In this document: positions 21,100 to 29,662 of the stretch, one piece after another
Numbering within the stretch: position 1 is the first letter of the stretch
Layout of the letters: every line of letters begins with the position of its first letter
Source: Bacteroidota bacterium
GTDB taxonomy: Bacteria > Bacteroidota > Bacteroidia > J057 > JADKCL01
NCBI GenBank assembly: GCA_046050405.1
Contig: JBJOPY010000035.1
Span: 1 to 60,274, forward strand
DNA length: 60,274 nt
Direction of reading: 5' to 3'
Translations under genes and position numbers: made by a program
Notes under the pieces: model-generated
What the model was told of the DNA's origin: nothing
Databases searched by the model: none
Seen by the model: the letters and a program-made list of their open reading frames with translations, nothing else

Positions 21100-22836
21100 C
21101 TAGTCATTGCCATTTCCCGGCCGGGACCAGAGAGATCTGTTGTGCAGCTGCTCCGCTGTCGCCTCGGGGTTTTCCACGAGGACATAGTTCTTGAAGTGGT
21201 CGGCTGCTTGCGACTCCAGGACGATGTGTTCCAGCATCTCGTTGCGGAAAACATGGACTTGCACGTCCTCGTCGTCTGTCAGGAAACGGAGGAGGGGCTC
21301 GACATCGCTGAAAGGGGCGCGGTGACCTTGGATCGCGACGATGACATCGCCGACAGCTAGCCCGGCAGCCTCTGCGGGACTCCCCTCATGCACCTGCTTG
21401 ATCCTGGCGCTTCCACCCTCCTCATACACGATGAAGCCATAGACCTGCTCAGCCAGTGTGGGCGGGTCCTTCGGGACCAGCGCCAGGCCCAGGTAGTCCG
21501 CCGCCTCACCCAATGCCGTTTCCATGGGGACGGTACCAGAGATGAAATCCCTGAAGTAATCCTCCAGGGAATGTCCCGCATGCGTCTCGGCGATGGTTTT
21601 GTAGTCTTGCTTCGTGTATCCGATCCCGGTTCTGCCGAATCGCTCAAACATCTCCCGCATCACGGTGTCCAAGGAGCGCGCATTCGCCGATCCCTTGCGG
21701 ATAAGTACATCCAAGAGGAATGCTGCCAGTCCTCCTTTCGTGTAGAAAGATATCTTCCGATTGGGCACACCGCTGTCACCATAACCCACCAGCCACGACT
21801 CAAAGCTCGAATGCTCAAGGCTGACGTGGTCACGGCCATTGTTCGAGAAGTGTTTTTGCAGGAAATCCCTGTTGAACACCTTCAAAAATACGTCCAGCGA
21901 CCAGATGCCCGCCTTTAACACCATCAATTCCCCGTAATAGGTCGTCACTCCCTCGGTGATGTAATGCAGCATGGAGTACTGCGCCCGGTCATAGCTGTAC
22001 GGCCGCATCTCAGCCGGACGGATCGCCTTGACGTTCCAGGCATGGAACAGCTCATGGGAACTGATGCTGAGCAGCTCCTCGTGCTTCTCCTCCTCCTCCA
22101 TCCGGTATCCCGGCCCCAATGCAATGATGGTGGAGTTCCGATGCTCCACGCCGTGGTAGATCTTTTTGTTGTGGATTTGATACATGAAGTGGTAGTCCTC
22201 CGCCGGAAAGCCCCCAAACATCCTCAGCTGTGCCTTTATGATGGCCGTGTAGTCCCCCTCGATCCTATGCCAGTTGGGTTTGACGTCTCCCTGAAACCAG
22301 ATGTTGAACGGAATGTCCTGCACCACGAAGGCATGGTGCTGCAATGTCTGGCTGGCAATCAGGGGGGCATCAACGAGGTCGTGGTAGCTGGCTGCCAGCA
22401 AGGTGTTCCCGCTGTGCCGCAATCCGCAGGCGATGCGGTAGTCCTCCGGCAAGTGCAAGGCCATCCCGCAGGCGGCATCCAATCGAGTCGCGTCGTACAT
22501 GAGCAGGTTGCAGGGGTTGACGTACACCTGGTCCTGGTCGAAGTAGCTGCCGCCTGCATCTGCCACGATCGCATGGTATTTGTACTCGAACACGGCTGGC
22601 TCTCCGTCCATGACGATCTGCCAGGTGTGCGTGTCCGTTTTAGATACCTCGAGTGCCCTGCCATTCTCCGCCCATGCCCGGGCGTCCACGATTCGCTCCG
22701 CATACCGGGCCATCTCGTACCTTCCCGGACGCCACCGGGGCAAATGGACCGCTTGATTGCCATGGTGTGCCGGCAAGCTCATCTGCACTCGGATCAAATG
22801 CAATTCTGGATTCTCAAAAAAAAGGCGGTAATTCAT
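21100..22836 (-). CDS. M61 family glycyl aminopeptidase-like metallopeptidase with C-terminal PDZ domain
   Basis: It has the HExxH motif SSHELFHAWN and a PDZ segment (..GSPAEAAGLAVGDVIVAIQG..). The ATG at 22836 (MNYRLFFENPELHLIRV) is the plausible start. The upstream 99 codons of the 677-aa ORF do not look like protein. Confidence 0.85.
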   Translation of the reverse strand: MNYRLFFENPELHLIRVQMSLPAHHGNQAVHLPRWRPGRYEMARYAERIVDARAWAENGRALEVSKTDTHTWQIVMDGEPAVFEYKYHAIVADAGGSYFDQDQVYVNPCNLLMYDATRLDAACGMALHLPEDYRIACGLRHSGNTLLAASYHDLVDAPLIASQTLQHHAFVVQDIPFNIWFQGDVKPNWHRIEGDYTAIIKAQLRMFGGFPAEDYHFMYQIHNKKIYHGVEHRNSTIIALGPGYRMEEEEKHEELLSISSHELFHAWNVKAIRPAEMRPYSYDRAQYSMLHYITEGVTTYYGELMVLKAGIWSLDVFLKVFNRDFLQKHFSNNGRDHVSLEHSSFESWLVGYGDSGVPNRKISFYTKGGLAAFLLDVLIRKGSANARSLDTVMREMFERFGRTGIGYTKQDYKTIAETHAGHSLEDYFRDFISGTVPMETALGEAADYLGLALVPKDPPTLAEQVYGFIVYEEGGSARIKQVHEGSPAEAAGLAVGDVIVAIQGHRAPFSDVEPLLRFLTDDEDVQVHVFRNEMLEHIVLESQAADHFKNYVLVENPEATAEQLHNRSLWSRPGNGND

Positions 22837-23294
22837 TTGACGAATCGATTGGGTTGCAGAAGACGGGTCGAAGTTAGCAAAATTCCCTCCGCGCCTCTGC
22901 AAACATTTCCCCTTGGCAATCCTCCTTTCTCCCTGTACCAATGATGCCATTCCCATGATCCCTCCGGCCCATCGGCGTCTCTGGCCTGGGAAGACTGTCA
23001 GCCCGCTGGGGAGCGCTTCAGCCAGCGCGGCTGTGCCGCAACTCCCATCCATGGTTGACCCAAGAGGACACCCCCCGCGACCTCGAGGGGGCACAGGCAG
23101 CACTGCTGGAGGATCACGGCCATGTACGGCCATGCCCCGTCTTATCCGACATCATGAAGACACCGGTGCAGTGTGCGAAGATCCGACGGATTCCGCCAAA
23201 CTATGCTGCGACTAAGCCAGCGAGCCGCCTGCACAGGATCCTGACAGGATTGTATTCCAGAAATTCACTGCGCCCAGCGGCGGCAACCGCGCCC

Positions 23295-23597
23295 TCAGAT
23301 CACCTCTATCGTGAGGCCACGGTCCAAGAGTGCCATCCCGCGATTGATCATGTCACGCTTCTCGCCACTTTTCACGACATACTTGCCTTTGTAGTGGACG
23401 AGCATGGCGCATTGTTCGGCTTGGGTGGGCACATGGTCACAGATTTCCACCAGGCTTTGGATCACCCAGTCAAACGTATTCACATCGTCATTGTACAGCA
23501 TGATGCTGAACGTATCGGTGGCGACCGTCGACAGTTCGGCAACGGGCTGCAAAAACTCTTTTGTGCTCATCTCTCCAATTGGGTTCAGGGTCGACAT
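23295..23597 (-). CDS. clpS: ATP-dependent Clp protease adaptor ClpS
   Basis: 100 aa. The sequence ..FSIMLYNDDVNTFDWVIQSLVEICDHVPTQAEQCAMLVHYKGK.. is the conserved ClpS core. Confidence 0.92.
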   Translation of the reverse strand: MSTLNPIGEMSTKEFLQPVAELSTVATDTFSIMLYNDDVNTFDWVIQSLVEICDHVPTQAEQCAMLVHYKGKYVVKSGEKRDMINRGMALLDRGLTIEVI

Positions 23598-23788
23598 TTG
23601 TGGAAACGCAATTAACGCTGTTTTTGTTCAAATATACAAGGTTATCAGGTCTTTGCACAAAAAAAGATCTGGAACAGTGGCGCTTCCCCGCTTTTGGTGA
23701 GCAATGAGGATGCAGGGCAAACGCATCAAAAAGAGTAGTTCTTTTCCACCTACAATGGGCAACAGAAGATGTTGTTTACGGATTTGGG

Positions 23789-24010
23789 TTGAGACTTTGT
23801 AGGACGGAAATGGAGCAATTGTTCGGGATGGTGCTGGGGATTGCGTCAACTTGGAAGATCAGGGGAGTCAAGTTCAGCCGATCAGGGGGTGAATTCTTGG
23901 GCTTGGTGGAAATAACGATCAATTTGGGAGCGCGGGGCACGTTTTTTGGACGGTACGGGTGTTTCATGGAACCGGTTGGAAGTTCTCACAAATTGACTTG
24001 GAATGCCTGA
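23789..24010 (+). pseudogene. Relic N-terminal fragment of an ISL3-family transposase
   Basis: MEQLFGMVLGIASTWKIRGVKFSRSGGEFLGLVEITINLGARGTFF resembles the conserved ISL3 N-terminus (L..aLGl..PW.i..v.fd....L.I.idf..G..F). The ORF stops after about 70 codons. No zinc-finger or DDE part follows. Confidence 0.45.
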
Positions 24011-24177
24011 GATCAACGCCACCTAGTAGTGGATTGAACCAGAGCAGCGGTACATCTAATCCCGCACCGCCCGCGAGGTGCGTCCTTCCGTCGATGGCCC
24101 AACGCCAATTTGCTTGACAACCCCCAACCCCATAACTTTCCACCCTCGAAATCGGTTATTCCTACAAAACGAAGATC

Positions 24178-25590
24178 ATGTCCGAAAAGCAATACGACGT
24201 CACGGTGATCGGCTCAGGCCCCGGGGGGTATGTGGCTGCAGTGCGTTGCGCACAATTGGGTTTCAAGACGGCAATCATCGAGCGGTATGCCACGCTCGGC
24301 GGCACCTGCCTGAATGTCGGCTGCATTCCATCGAAGGCCCTGCTGGACAGCAGCCACCATTACCATGATGCGCAGCACAAGTTCGCGGCGCATGGCATCA
24401 GGATGGACGGCATCAGCATGGACATGAAGCAGATGATCGCCCGCAAGAACGAAGTGGTCAAGGCCACGACCGAAGGCGTCGCCTTCCTGATGAACAAGAA
24501 CAAAATCGATGTCCATTACGGCCACGGGACATTCAGGGACAAGAACACGATCCTGGTCACGGCATCCGATGGCAAGGTCACCGAGATGGGCACGGGAAAG
24601 GCGATCATCGCCACAGGCTCCAAGCCAGCGACGATTCCCGGGGTGGTGATCGACAAGCAGCGCATCATCACCAGCACAGAAGGCCTGCGCATCGCCGAGC
24701 TTCCGAAGTCAATGCTGATCATCGGGGCCGGGGTCATCGGCCTGGAAATGGGATCCGTGTTTGCACGGCTGGGGACGAAGGTGCAGGTGATCGAATACTC
24801 CGCCGCCGCCATCGGCGGCATGGATGGAACCATGGGGCGGGAAATCGTCAAGGTCCTCAAGAAAGACCTGGGATTCGAGTTCTTCTTCAGCCACAAGGTC
24901 ACCGGGGCCACCGCCACTGCGGATGGGGCGACCGTCACGGCGACGGATCCGAACGGCCAAACGGTGGAATTCACAGGCGATTACTGCCTCGTCGCGACCG
25001 GCCGCCAGCCCTACACGGACGGCCTGGGATTGGAAGCCGCCGGCGTCAAGCTGGATGCACGCGGCCGCGTGGAAGTAGATGAACACCTCATGACCAGCGT
25101 GGAAGGCATCTACGCCATCGGCGATGTGGTCAAGGGCGCGATGCTTGCCCACAAGGCATCCGAAGAAGGAGTGTTCGTGGCGGAGGTGATGGCTGGACAG
25201 CATCCCCATATCAATTACCGGGCGATTCCGGGGGTCGTCTATACCTGGCCCGAGGTGGCAGGGGTCGGCTTCACCGAAGAGGAGCTCAAGGCCTCTGGCC
25301 GTGGCTTCAAGACAGGAACCTTTTACTTCAAGGCCTCTGGCCGCGCCCGCGCCAGCATGGACATGGATGGACTGGTGAAAATCCTTGCCGACCAGGAAAC
25401 CGACGAGCTCCTGGGCATGCACATCATCGGCCCACGGGCAGCGGACATGATCATGGAAGGTGTCATGGGTCTGGAATACCGTGCCTCAGCGGAAGACATC
25501 GCGATCTTTTCCCATCCCCACCCCACGTTTTCGGAAAGCATCAAGGAAGCAGCGATGGATGCCACCGGGGGAAGGGCGATCCACAAGTGA
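24178..25590 (+). CDS. lpdA: Dihydrolipoyl dehydrogenase
   Basis: 470 aa. It has the FAD motif GSGPGGY, the redox-active disulfide GGTCLNVGCIPSK, and the C-terminal interface motif HPHPTFSE. Confidence 0.95.
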   Translation: MSEKQYDVTVIGSGPGGYVAAVRCAQLGFKTAIIERYATLGGTCLNVGCIPSKALLDSSHHYHDAQHKFAAHGIRMDGISMDMKQMIARKNEVVKATTEGVAFLMNKNKIDVHYGHGTFRDKNTILVTASDGKVTEMGTGKAIIATGSKPATIPGVVIDKQRIITSTEGLRIAELPKSMLIIGAGVIGLEMGSVFARLGTKVQVIEYSAAAIGGMDGTMGREIVKVLKKDLGFEFFFSHKVTGATATADGATVTATDPNGQTVEFTGDYCLVATGRQPYTDGLGLEAAGVKLDARGRVEVDEHLMTSVEGIYAIGDVVKGAMLAHKASEEGVFVAEVMAGQHPHINYRAIPGVVYTWPEVAGVGFTEEELKASGRGFKTGTFYFKASGRARASMDMDGLVKILADQETDELLGMHIIGPRAADMIMEGVMGLEYRASAEDIAIFSHPHPTFSESIKEAAMDATGGRAIHK

Positions 25591-25759
25591 GCATGGAACG
25601 CGCCGGATGATCTGAAAGCCGGGAAGGGATCCCAGGGTTCCGTCCCGGGGACGGGCATATCGCTGCGGACGCCAGGGGCACCCGAACCTGGCGGCAATCG
25701 CACTTCCCGGTTCGCCCTAGTGCCTGGAATTTCCATAGATTTGCCTGACTTACGGGCGC

Positions 25760-26767
25760 ATGAAAATTTCAGCTTCGATCTACTCCAGCAAGGGACGTGT
25801 CTTGGAATCCTTGGTGACCGAATTGGAAGCCATCGGGATGGACTATGTGCACATCGATTGCAACGACGACCCGGAAGTGGAAGAAGCCATCGCCCTGGTT
25901 CGAAGGGTGAGTGCATTGCCCATCGACCTGCACATCATCAGCAAGGAGCCCGAGCGGTTCTTCCCGATGATCGAAAGGCATCGGGTGGACCTTGTCACCA
26001 TCCAATACGAACAGATTGCCGGGCGCACCCTCGGGTTTCCCAGGCTGGGTTGCGAATGGGGCATGGCCATCACCACCCCCACCCCGATCCCTGTCTTCCA
26101 GCCCTTCGCGCAGGATTGCGACTTCATCTTGTTCATGACCACCACGCCCGGGCAGAGCGGAGGACAGTTTGATGCCGCCAACTTTGCAAAGATCCGGCAG
26201 TTCCGTAAATCCTTCCCCGGAAAGCGCGTCCATGTCGATGGGGGGGTGAATGCCGAGATTTCCTTCGTCCTGCGCAACCTCGGGGTCTATTGTGCGGTCT
26301 CGGGCTCCTTCCTGGTCAATGCGGAAAGCGTGCCGGTCGCCTACCTGAAGCTGCTGGTGCAGAAGGGTCACAACCACCTGTGCGTGGGCGACGTCATGTT
26401 TGGCCTCGGCGAGTTGCCAGTCCTGCCCGTCGTAGGCCTCGACATGCAAGAATTGGTGCGGACGATCGAGGAACATGCCATGGGCTACTGCCTGCTCACC
26501 GGAGCAGACGGATGCCTCGCGGGCCTTGTCACCAATGCCGACCTCCGCCGGGGATTGATCCGACACCTCAGTGAAGCCGTCCCGCTGGATGCTACAGCCA
26601 TGGTGAACTACGATCCCAAATTCATCCATGCCGATGCCACGATCAGTGAAATGCTGCAAAAAGTGAAAAGCTATCCCTCCATCGTACAATTCATGCCCGT
26701 GGTCGATGCAGAGCATCGCCTCGTCGGCGCTGTCAATTTCAACCACCTCATCTTGGGAGAATTATGA
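25760..26767 (+). CDS. Ribulose-phosphate 3-epimerase-like TIM barrel fused to a CBS-domain pair
   Basis: The N-terminal ~215 aa align by eye to RPE landmarks (HIDCND, LPIDLHI, LFMTTTPGQSGGQF, VHVDGGVN, VSGSFLV). The C-terminal ~120 aa have CBS-pair character (..GLVTNADLRRG.., ..LVGAVNFNHLI). Confidence 0.7.
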   Translation: MKISASIYSSKGRVLESLVTELEAIGMDYVHIDCNDDPEVEEAIALVRRVSALPIDLHIISKEPERFFPMIERHRVDLVTIQYEQIAGRTLGFPRLGCEWGMAITTPTPIPVFQPFAQDCDFILFMTTTPGQSGGQFDAANFAKIRQFRKSFPGKRVHVDGGVNAEISFVLRNLGVYCAVSGSFLVNAESVPVAYLKLLVQKGHNHLCVGDVMFGLGELPVLPVVGLDMQELVRTIEEHAMGYCLLTGADGCLAGLVTNADLRRGLIRHLSEAVPLDATAMVNYDPKFIHADATISEMLQKVKSYPSIVQFMPVVDAEHRLVGAVNFNHLILGEL

Positions 26768-27765
26768 TTGTCCACCTGCATCCTGCCGTAACAGAATACC
26801 AAGCCCTCCGGATGGCAGCCCAGATCCATGCCTTGCATTTCCATGACGGGCAGCGCTACGTGCTCGTCACCGGAGCCAAGGACAATTCCCTGGAAGGCAT
26901 CGACCTGGGCCTCATTGAGGGCAGCTGGGTGATGGACAGCGACATGCAGCTGGCCAGCCGCAAATACCTCCCCGGGACCCGTACGATCCATGTCGGCGAC
27001 ACCATCGCCATCGGCGGAGACACCGGGCATACGCTGATGATCACGGGGCCTTGCAGCGTGGAATCCCCGGAGCAGATCGAGGTCTGCGCCCAGTTGTGTG
27101 TGGAAATGGGCGTGAAGGTGCTGCGGGCCGGGGCCTACAAGCCCCGCACCTCCCCCTACAGCTTTCAGGGGATGGGAGCCGAAGGCCTCAGGCTCCTCGA
27201 CCGGATGCGGGAGAAATATGGGCTGAAGGTGATCACCGAGGTACGCGATTCGACCCATGTGCAGGAAGTGATCGCCTTTGCCGATGTCATTCAAATCGGG
27301 GCAAAGGCCATGTACGACCAGGGAATCCTGCGGAGCTGCGCCTCGGCAGGGAAGCCCGTGCTGCTCAAGCGCGGCTTTGGCTCCACCCTCCAGGAGTTTG
27401 TGCAGGCTGCGGAGTTCATGCTCTCGGGCGGAAACAGCGACATCATACTTTGCGAGCGGGGGATACGCACCTTTGAGACCAAGACGCGGTTCACGCTCGA
27501 CCTCTGCGGGGTCGCCTACCTCAAGGAATACACGAACTTGCCGGTGGTCCTGGATCCGAGCCATGCGATGGGCTATGCCTACGGTGTGGCCGACCTTGCC
27601 CGGGCATGCACTGCAATGGGGGTCGATGGCCTTCTGATCGAGTCCCATCCGAACCCCAAGGCCGCCAAGAGCGATGCCAGCCAGCAACTCGACCATCCGC
27701 AGTTCCGGGCGCTTCTCCAGAGCCTGCACCCGATCGCTGCCGCCGTGGGTCGCAAGATGATCTGA
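26764..27765 (+). CDS. 3-deoxy-7-phosphoheptulonate (DAHP) synthase, type I-beta, with N-terminal ferredoxin-like extension
   Basis: It has the motifs GPCSVES, YKPRTSPYSFQG (the KPRT(S/T) version characteristic of DAHPS rather than the KANRS of KDO8PS), DPSHA, and IESHPNP..AKSD. Its ATG overlaps the upstream stop (ATGA). Confidence 0.8.
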   Translation: MIVHLHPAVTEYQALRMAAQIHALHFHDGQRYVLVTGAKDNSLEGIDLGLIEGSWVMDSDMQLASRKYLPGTRTIHVGDTIAIGGDTGHTLMITGPCSVESPEQIEVCAQLCVEMGVKVLRAGAYKPRTSPYSFQGMGAEGLRLLDRMREKYGLKVITEVRDSTHVQEVIAFADVIQIGAKAMYDQGILRSCASAGKPVLLKRGFGSTLQEFVQAAEFMLSGGNSDIILCERGIRTFETKTRFTLDLCGVAYLKEYTNLPVVLDPSHAMGYAYGVADLARACTAMGVDGLLIESHPNPKAAKSDASQQLDHPQFRALLQSLHPIAAAVGRKMI

Positions 27766-27768
27766 ACC

Positions 27769-28461
27769 ATGCAGCCATTCGCCCAAAACCTGAGCTTTCT
27801 GTTCCATCGAAGGGAATTGGACCGCCATGCCATCGCAGCACGCCTGGGAGGCACCACCGCCGAGCTGGCCCAGTGGATGGAAGGAAAAACGGAACCCCAT
27901 CTGCAGCAATTGCTCACATTGGCGGAGACCTTGCAAGTGAGCGTGGACGGCTTGATGAAGCGTGATCTCACGCAGCAGGCTCGTGCCGAAGACATCCGGC
28001 TGCTCGTGCTGGATGTGGATGGCGTCCTCACGGACGGCGGCATCTACCTCACCGAGACGGGGGACGAGATCAGGAAATTCCATGCACGGGATGGCCGGGG
28101 GATCCTCGCAGCACAAAAAGGGGGGATCGAAGTCGCCTTTTTGAGCGGAGGCCAACACAGCACAGCGATCCAGGCCAGGGCATTGCGGCTGGGTGTCAAG
28201 CGCTGGTATGTGGGCAAGTCCCCGAAGACAGGCATCCTGGAAGGCTGGCTTGCCGACTCCAAACTGACCTACGCGCAGGTAGCCTACATCGGGGACGATT
28301 CCAATGACCTCGGAGCCATTGCCAAGGCGGGTTTCACGGCCTGCCCGGCCGATGCCGCACCCCGGAACCGGGAAGTCGTGGACATCATTCTCAAGACCGG
28401 AGGCGGACAAGGCTGTGTCCGCGAATTCATCGAAGAGCACCTCGGAATCATAGTCGATTAG
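27769..28461 (+). CDS. kdsC: XRE-type HTH domain fused to KdsC-family HAD phosphatase (3-deoxy-D-manno-octulosonate-8-phosphate phosphatase-like)
   Basis: Residues ~8-62 read as an XRE HTH (..IAARLGGTTAELAQWMEGKTEPHLQQLLTLAETLQVSVDGLM). The remainder has the KdsC motifs LVLDVDGVLTDGG, ARDG.G and YIGDDSNDL. There is no stop between the two parts. Confidence 0.75.
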   Translation: MQPFAQNLSFLFHRRELDRHAIAARLGGTTAELAQWMEGKTEPHLQQLLTLAETLQVSVDGLMKRDLTQQARAEDIRLLVLDVDGVLTDGGIYLTETGDEIRKFHARDGRGILAAQKGGIEVAFLSGGQHSTAIQARALRLGVKRWYVGKSPKTGILEGWLADSKLTYAQVAYIGDDSNDLGAIAKAGFTACPADAAPRNREVVDIILKTGGGQGCVREFIEEHLGIIVD

Positions 28462-28543
28462 TGCGATGGGGAACACGCACGGGTGGAGGCGCAGCCCACC
28501 CACGCAGGGTGCGAAGGAAGGCAAGCCGGGATTTCCTTCCTGG

Positions 28544-29473
28544 ATGCCTGCGCGTCTGTGGAATAGAATCATCCCATGCGCCGTGTTGTCGGTCATGGTG
28601 GCGGGAACCCTTCTCGCCCAGGATACGATCCACTTGCACGGAGACACCATCCGGGTGGGTGAATTGGAATGGGACATGCAAAAGGATTGGAAGGGCAGGG
28701 GCACAAGGATCACGGGGAACCGGATGCTGTACGGCGACCATGTACGCATCTTGCTGCGCTATTTTCCGAATCGAATGGTTTCCGAGATTGCATTTGGATA
28801 CCTCGACGAGGAGGGAGGCTTCGTCAGTCACGGCCCTGCACGGTACTATTATGAATCGGGGGAACTGCTCAGCAAGCGGAGGTTTGTCGAAGGCCAATTG
28901 CAAGGGCAGGCGATGGATTTCCATCGCAATGGCAAGCCAATGGCCCGCGCCCATGCCCGGGACGGCCGCCTGGAGGGTGCCTATGAAAGCTATTACCCGG
29001 ACGGCACGCGGGAGATTGCCTGCTACTACGTGCGGGACAGCCTTTCCGGAACCTTCCGCACCTGGTACTCCAATGGCCAGCCCAGGCGCATCGAGCATTG
29101 GCAGGGCGATCAGAAGATCGGCCCTGACAGCACGTTTTATGAAAATGGCAGGCTGGAGAGTGTGATCCCCTACGACCATGACCTGCGAAACGGAGTCGCC
29201 CGGGTCTATCACCGCACAGGAAGGGTCTGGACGGAACATCGGTATGATCAGGGGCGCCTGGTGGACATCGCATACACACAGAGCAAGGAAGGAGCCCCGT
29301 TGGATCCCGGTGATTTCCGGAACGGCCGTGGCTGGGTCAATGTCTATGACGCAAACGGGCTGTTGCTGGAGCGTGTTTTTTTCCGTGATGGGCATCCAGG
29401 GAAGCGGCGGAAGGTGAAGGGTGAGGATGGGAGGCCATCTTTCCCGGAGCCTATCGCTCGTGATGGGGGCTAG
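28544..29473 (+). CDS. Secreted MORN-repeat-variant (YwqK-like) protein
   Basis: The ATG at 28544 gives the signal peptide MPARLWNRIIPCAVLSVMVAGTLLAQD. It is followed by repeated ~23-residue units (Y..G.L.....F..G.L.G....). Confidence 0.75.
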   Translation: MPARLWNRIIPCAVLSVMVAGTLLAQDTIHLHGDTIRVGELEWDMQKDWKGRGTRITGNRMLYGDHVRILLRYFPNRMVSEIAFGYLDEEGGFVSHGPARYYYESGELLSKRRFVEGQLQGQAMDFHRNGKPMARAHARDGRLEGAYESYYPDGTREIACYYVRDSLSGTFRTWYSNGQPRRIEHWQGDQKIGPDSTFYENGRLESVIPYDHDLRNGVARVYHRTGRVWTEHRYDQGRLVDIAYTQSKEGAPLDPGDFRNGRGWVNVYDANGLLLERVFFRDGHPGKRRKVKGEDGRPSFPEPIARDGG

Positions 29474-29662
29474 TCCCCGTCGCGATCCCCGCTTAGACGC
29501 TGCCGCGCTTGGGGCATGGAATTGCGACCAGCCGTGCAGAAGCCCGAGAAATAGAATCAATTGACGTGGGAATCAGCCTTTCCTGCGATGTGCTTCCTGG
29601 ATTGCGGTCGTCTCCTTTTGCATGGAGGCCCTGAGCAATGAATCCTCCCACCTTCCTCGTGG

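Noticed and set aside
21964-22944. A 326-aa plus-strand ORF lies opposite the M61 peptidase gene.
   Set aside because: It is an antisense shadow. The minus strand carries the HExxH and PDZ motifs.
22837-23133. A 99-codon N-terminal extension of the M61 peptidase ORF makes the 677-aa version.
   Set aside because: The extension is Gly/Arg/Pro/Ala-rich junk. MNYRLFFENPELHL at 22836 is the family-like N-terminus. The same reasoning was used to trim the 5' ends of the ORFs at 5454, 8614, 9374, 12246, 29663, 40418, 49120, 51408, 52468 and 59083.
25640-25654. A short palindrome CCGTCCC-G-GGGACGG lies after lpd and could be a terminator.
   Set aside because: It has a one-nucleotide loop and no T-tract, so it is too weak to call.
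25769-26746. A 325-aa minus-strand ORF lies opposite the RPE-like/CBS gene.
   Set aside because: It is an antisense shadow, for the same reasons as the 26671-28749 ORF. The plus-strand product carries the family motifs.
26671-28749. A 692-aa minus-strand ORF spans the DAHP synthase and HTH-KdsC genes.
   Set aside because: It is antisense shadow of two genes with clear family motifs on the plus strand. The translation is Gly/His/Leu/Pro/Ala-rich with no recognisable motif, which is typical of GC3-rich sense genes read on the opposite strand.
28448-29560. A 370-aa minus-strand ORF, and a 234-aa plus-strand ORF in another frame, overlap the MORN-repeat gene.
   Set aside because: The plus-strand frame at 28544-29473 has a signal peptide and regular MORN-variant repeats. 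The alternatives have junk composition.
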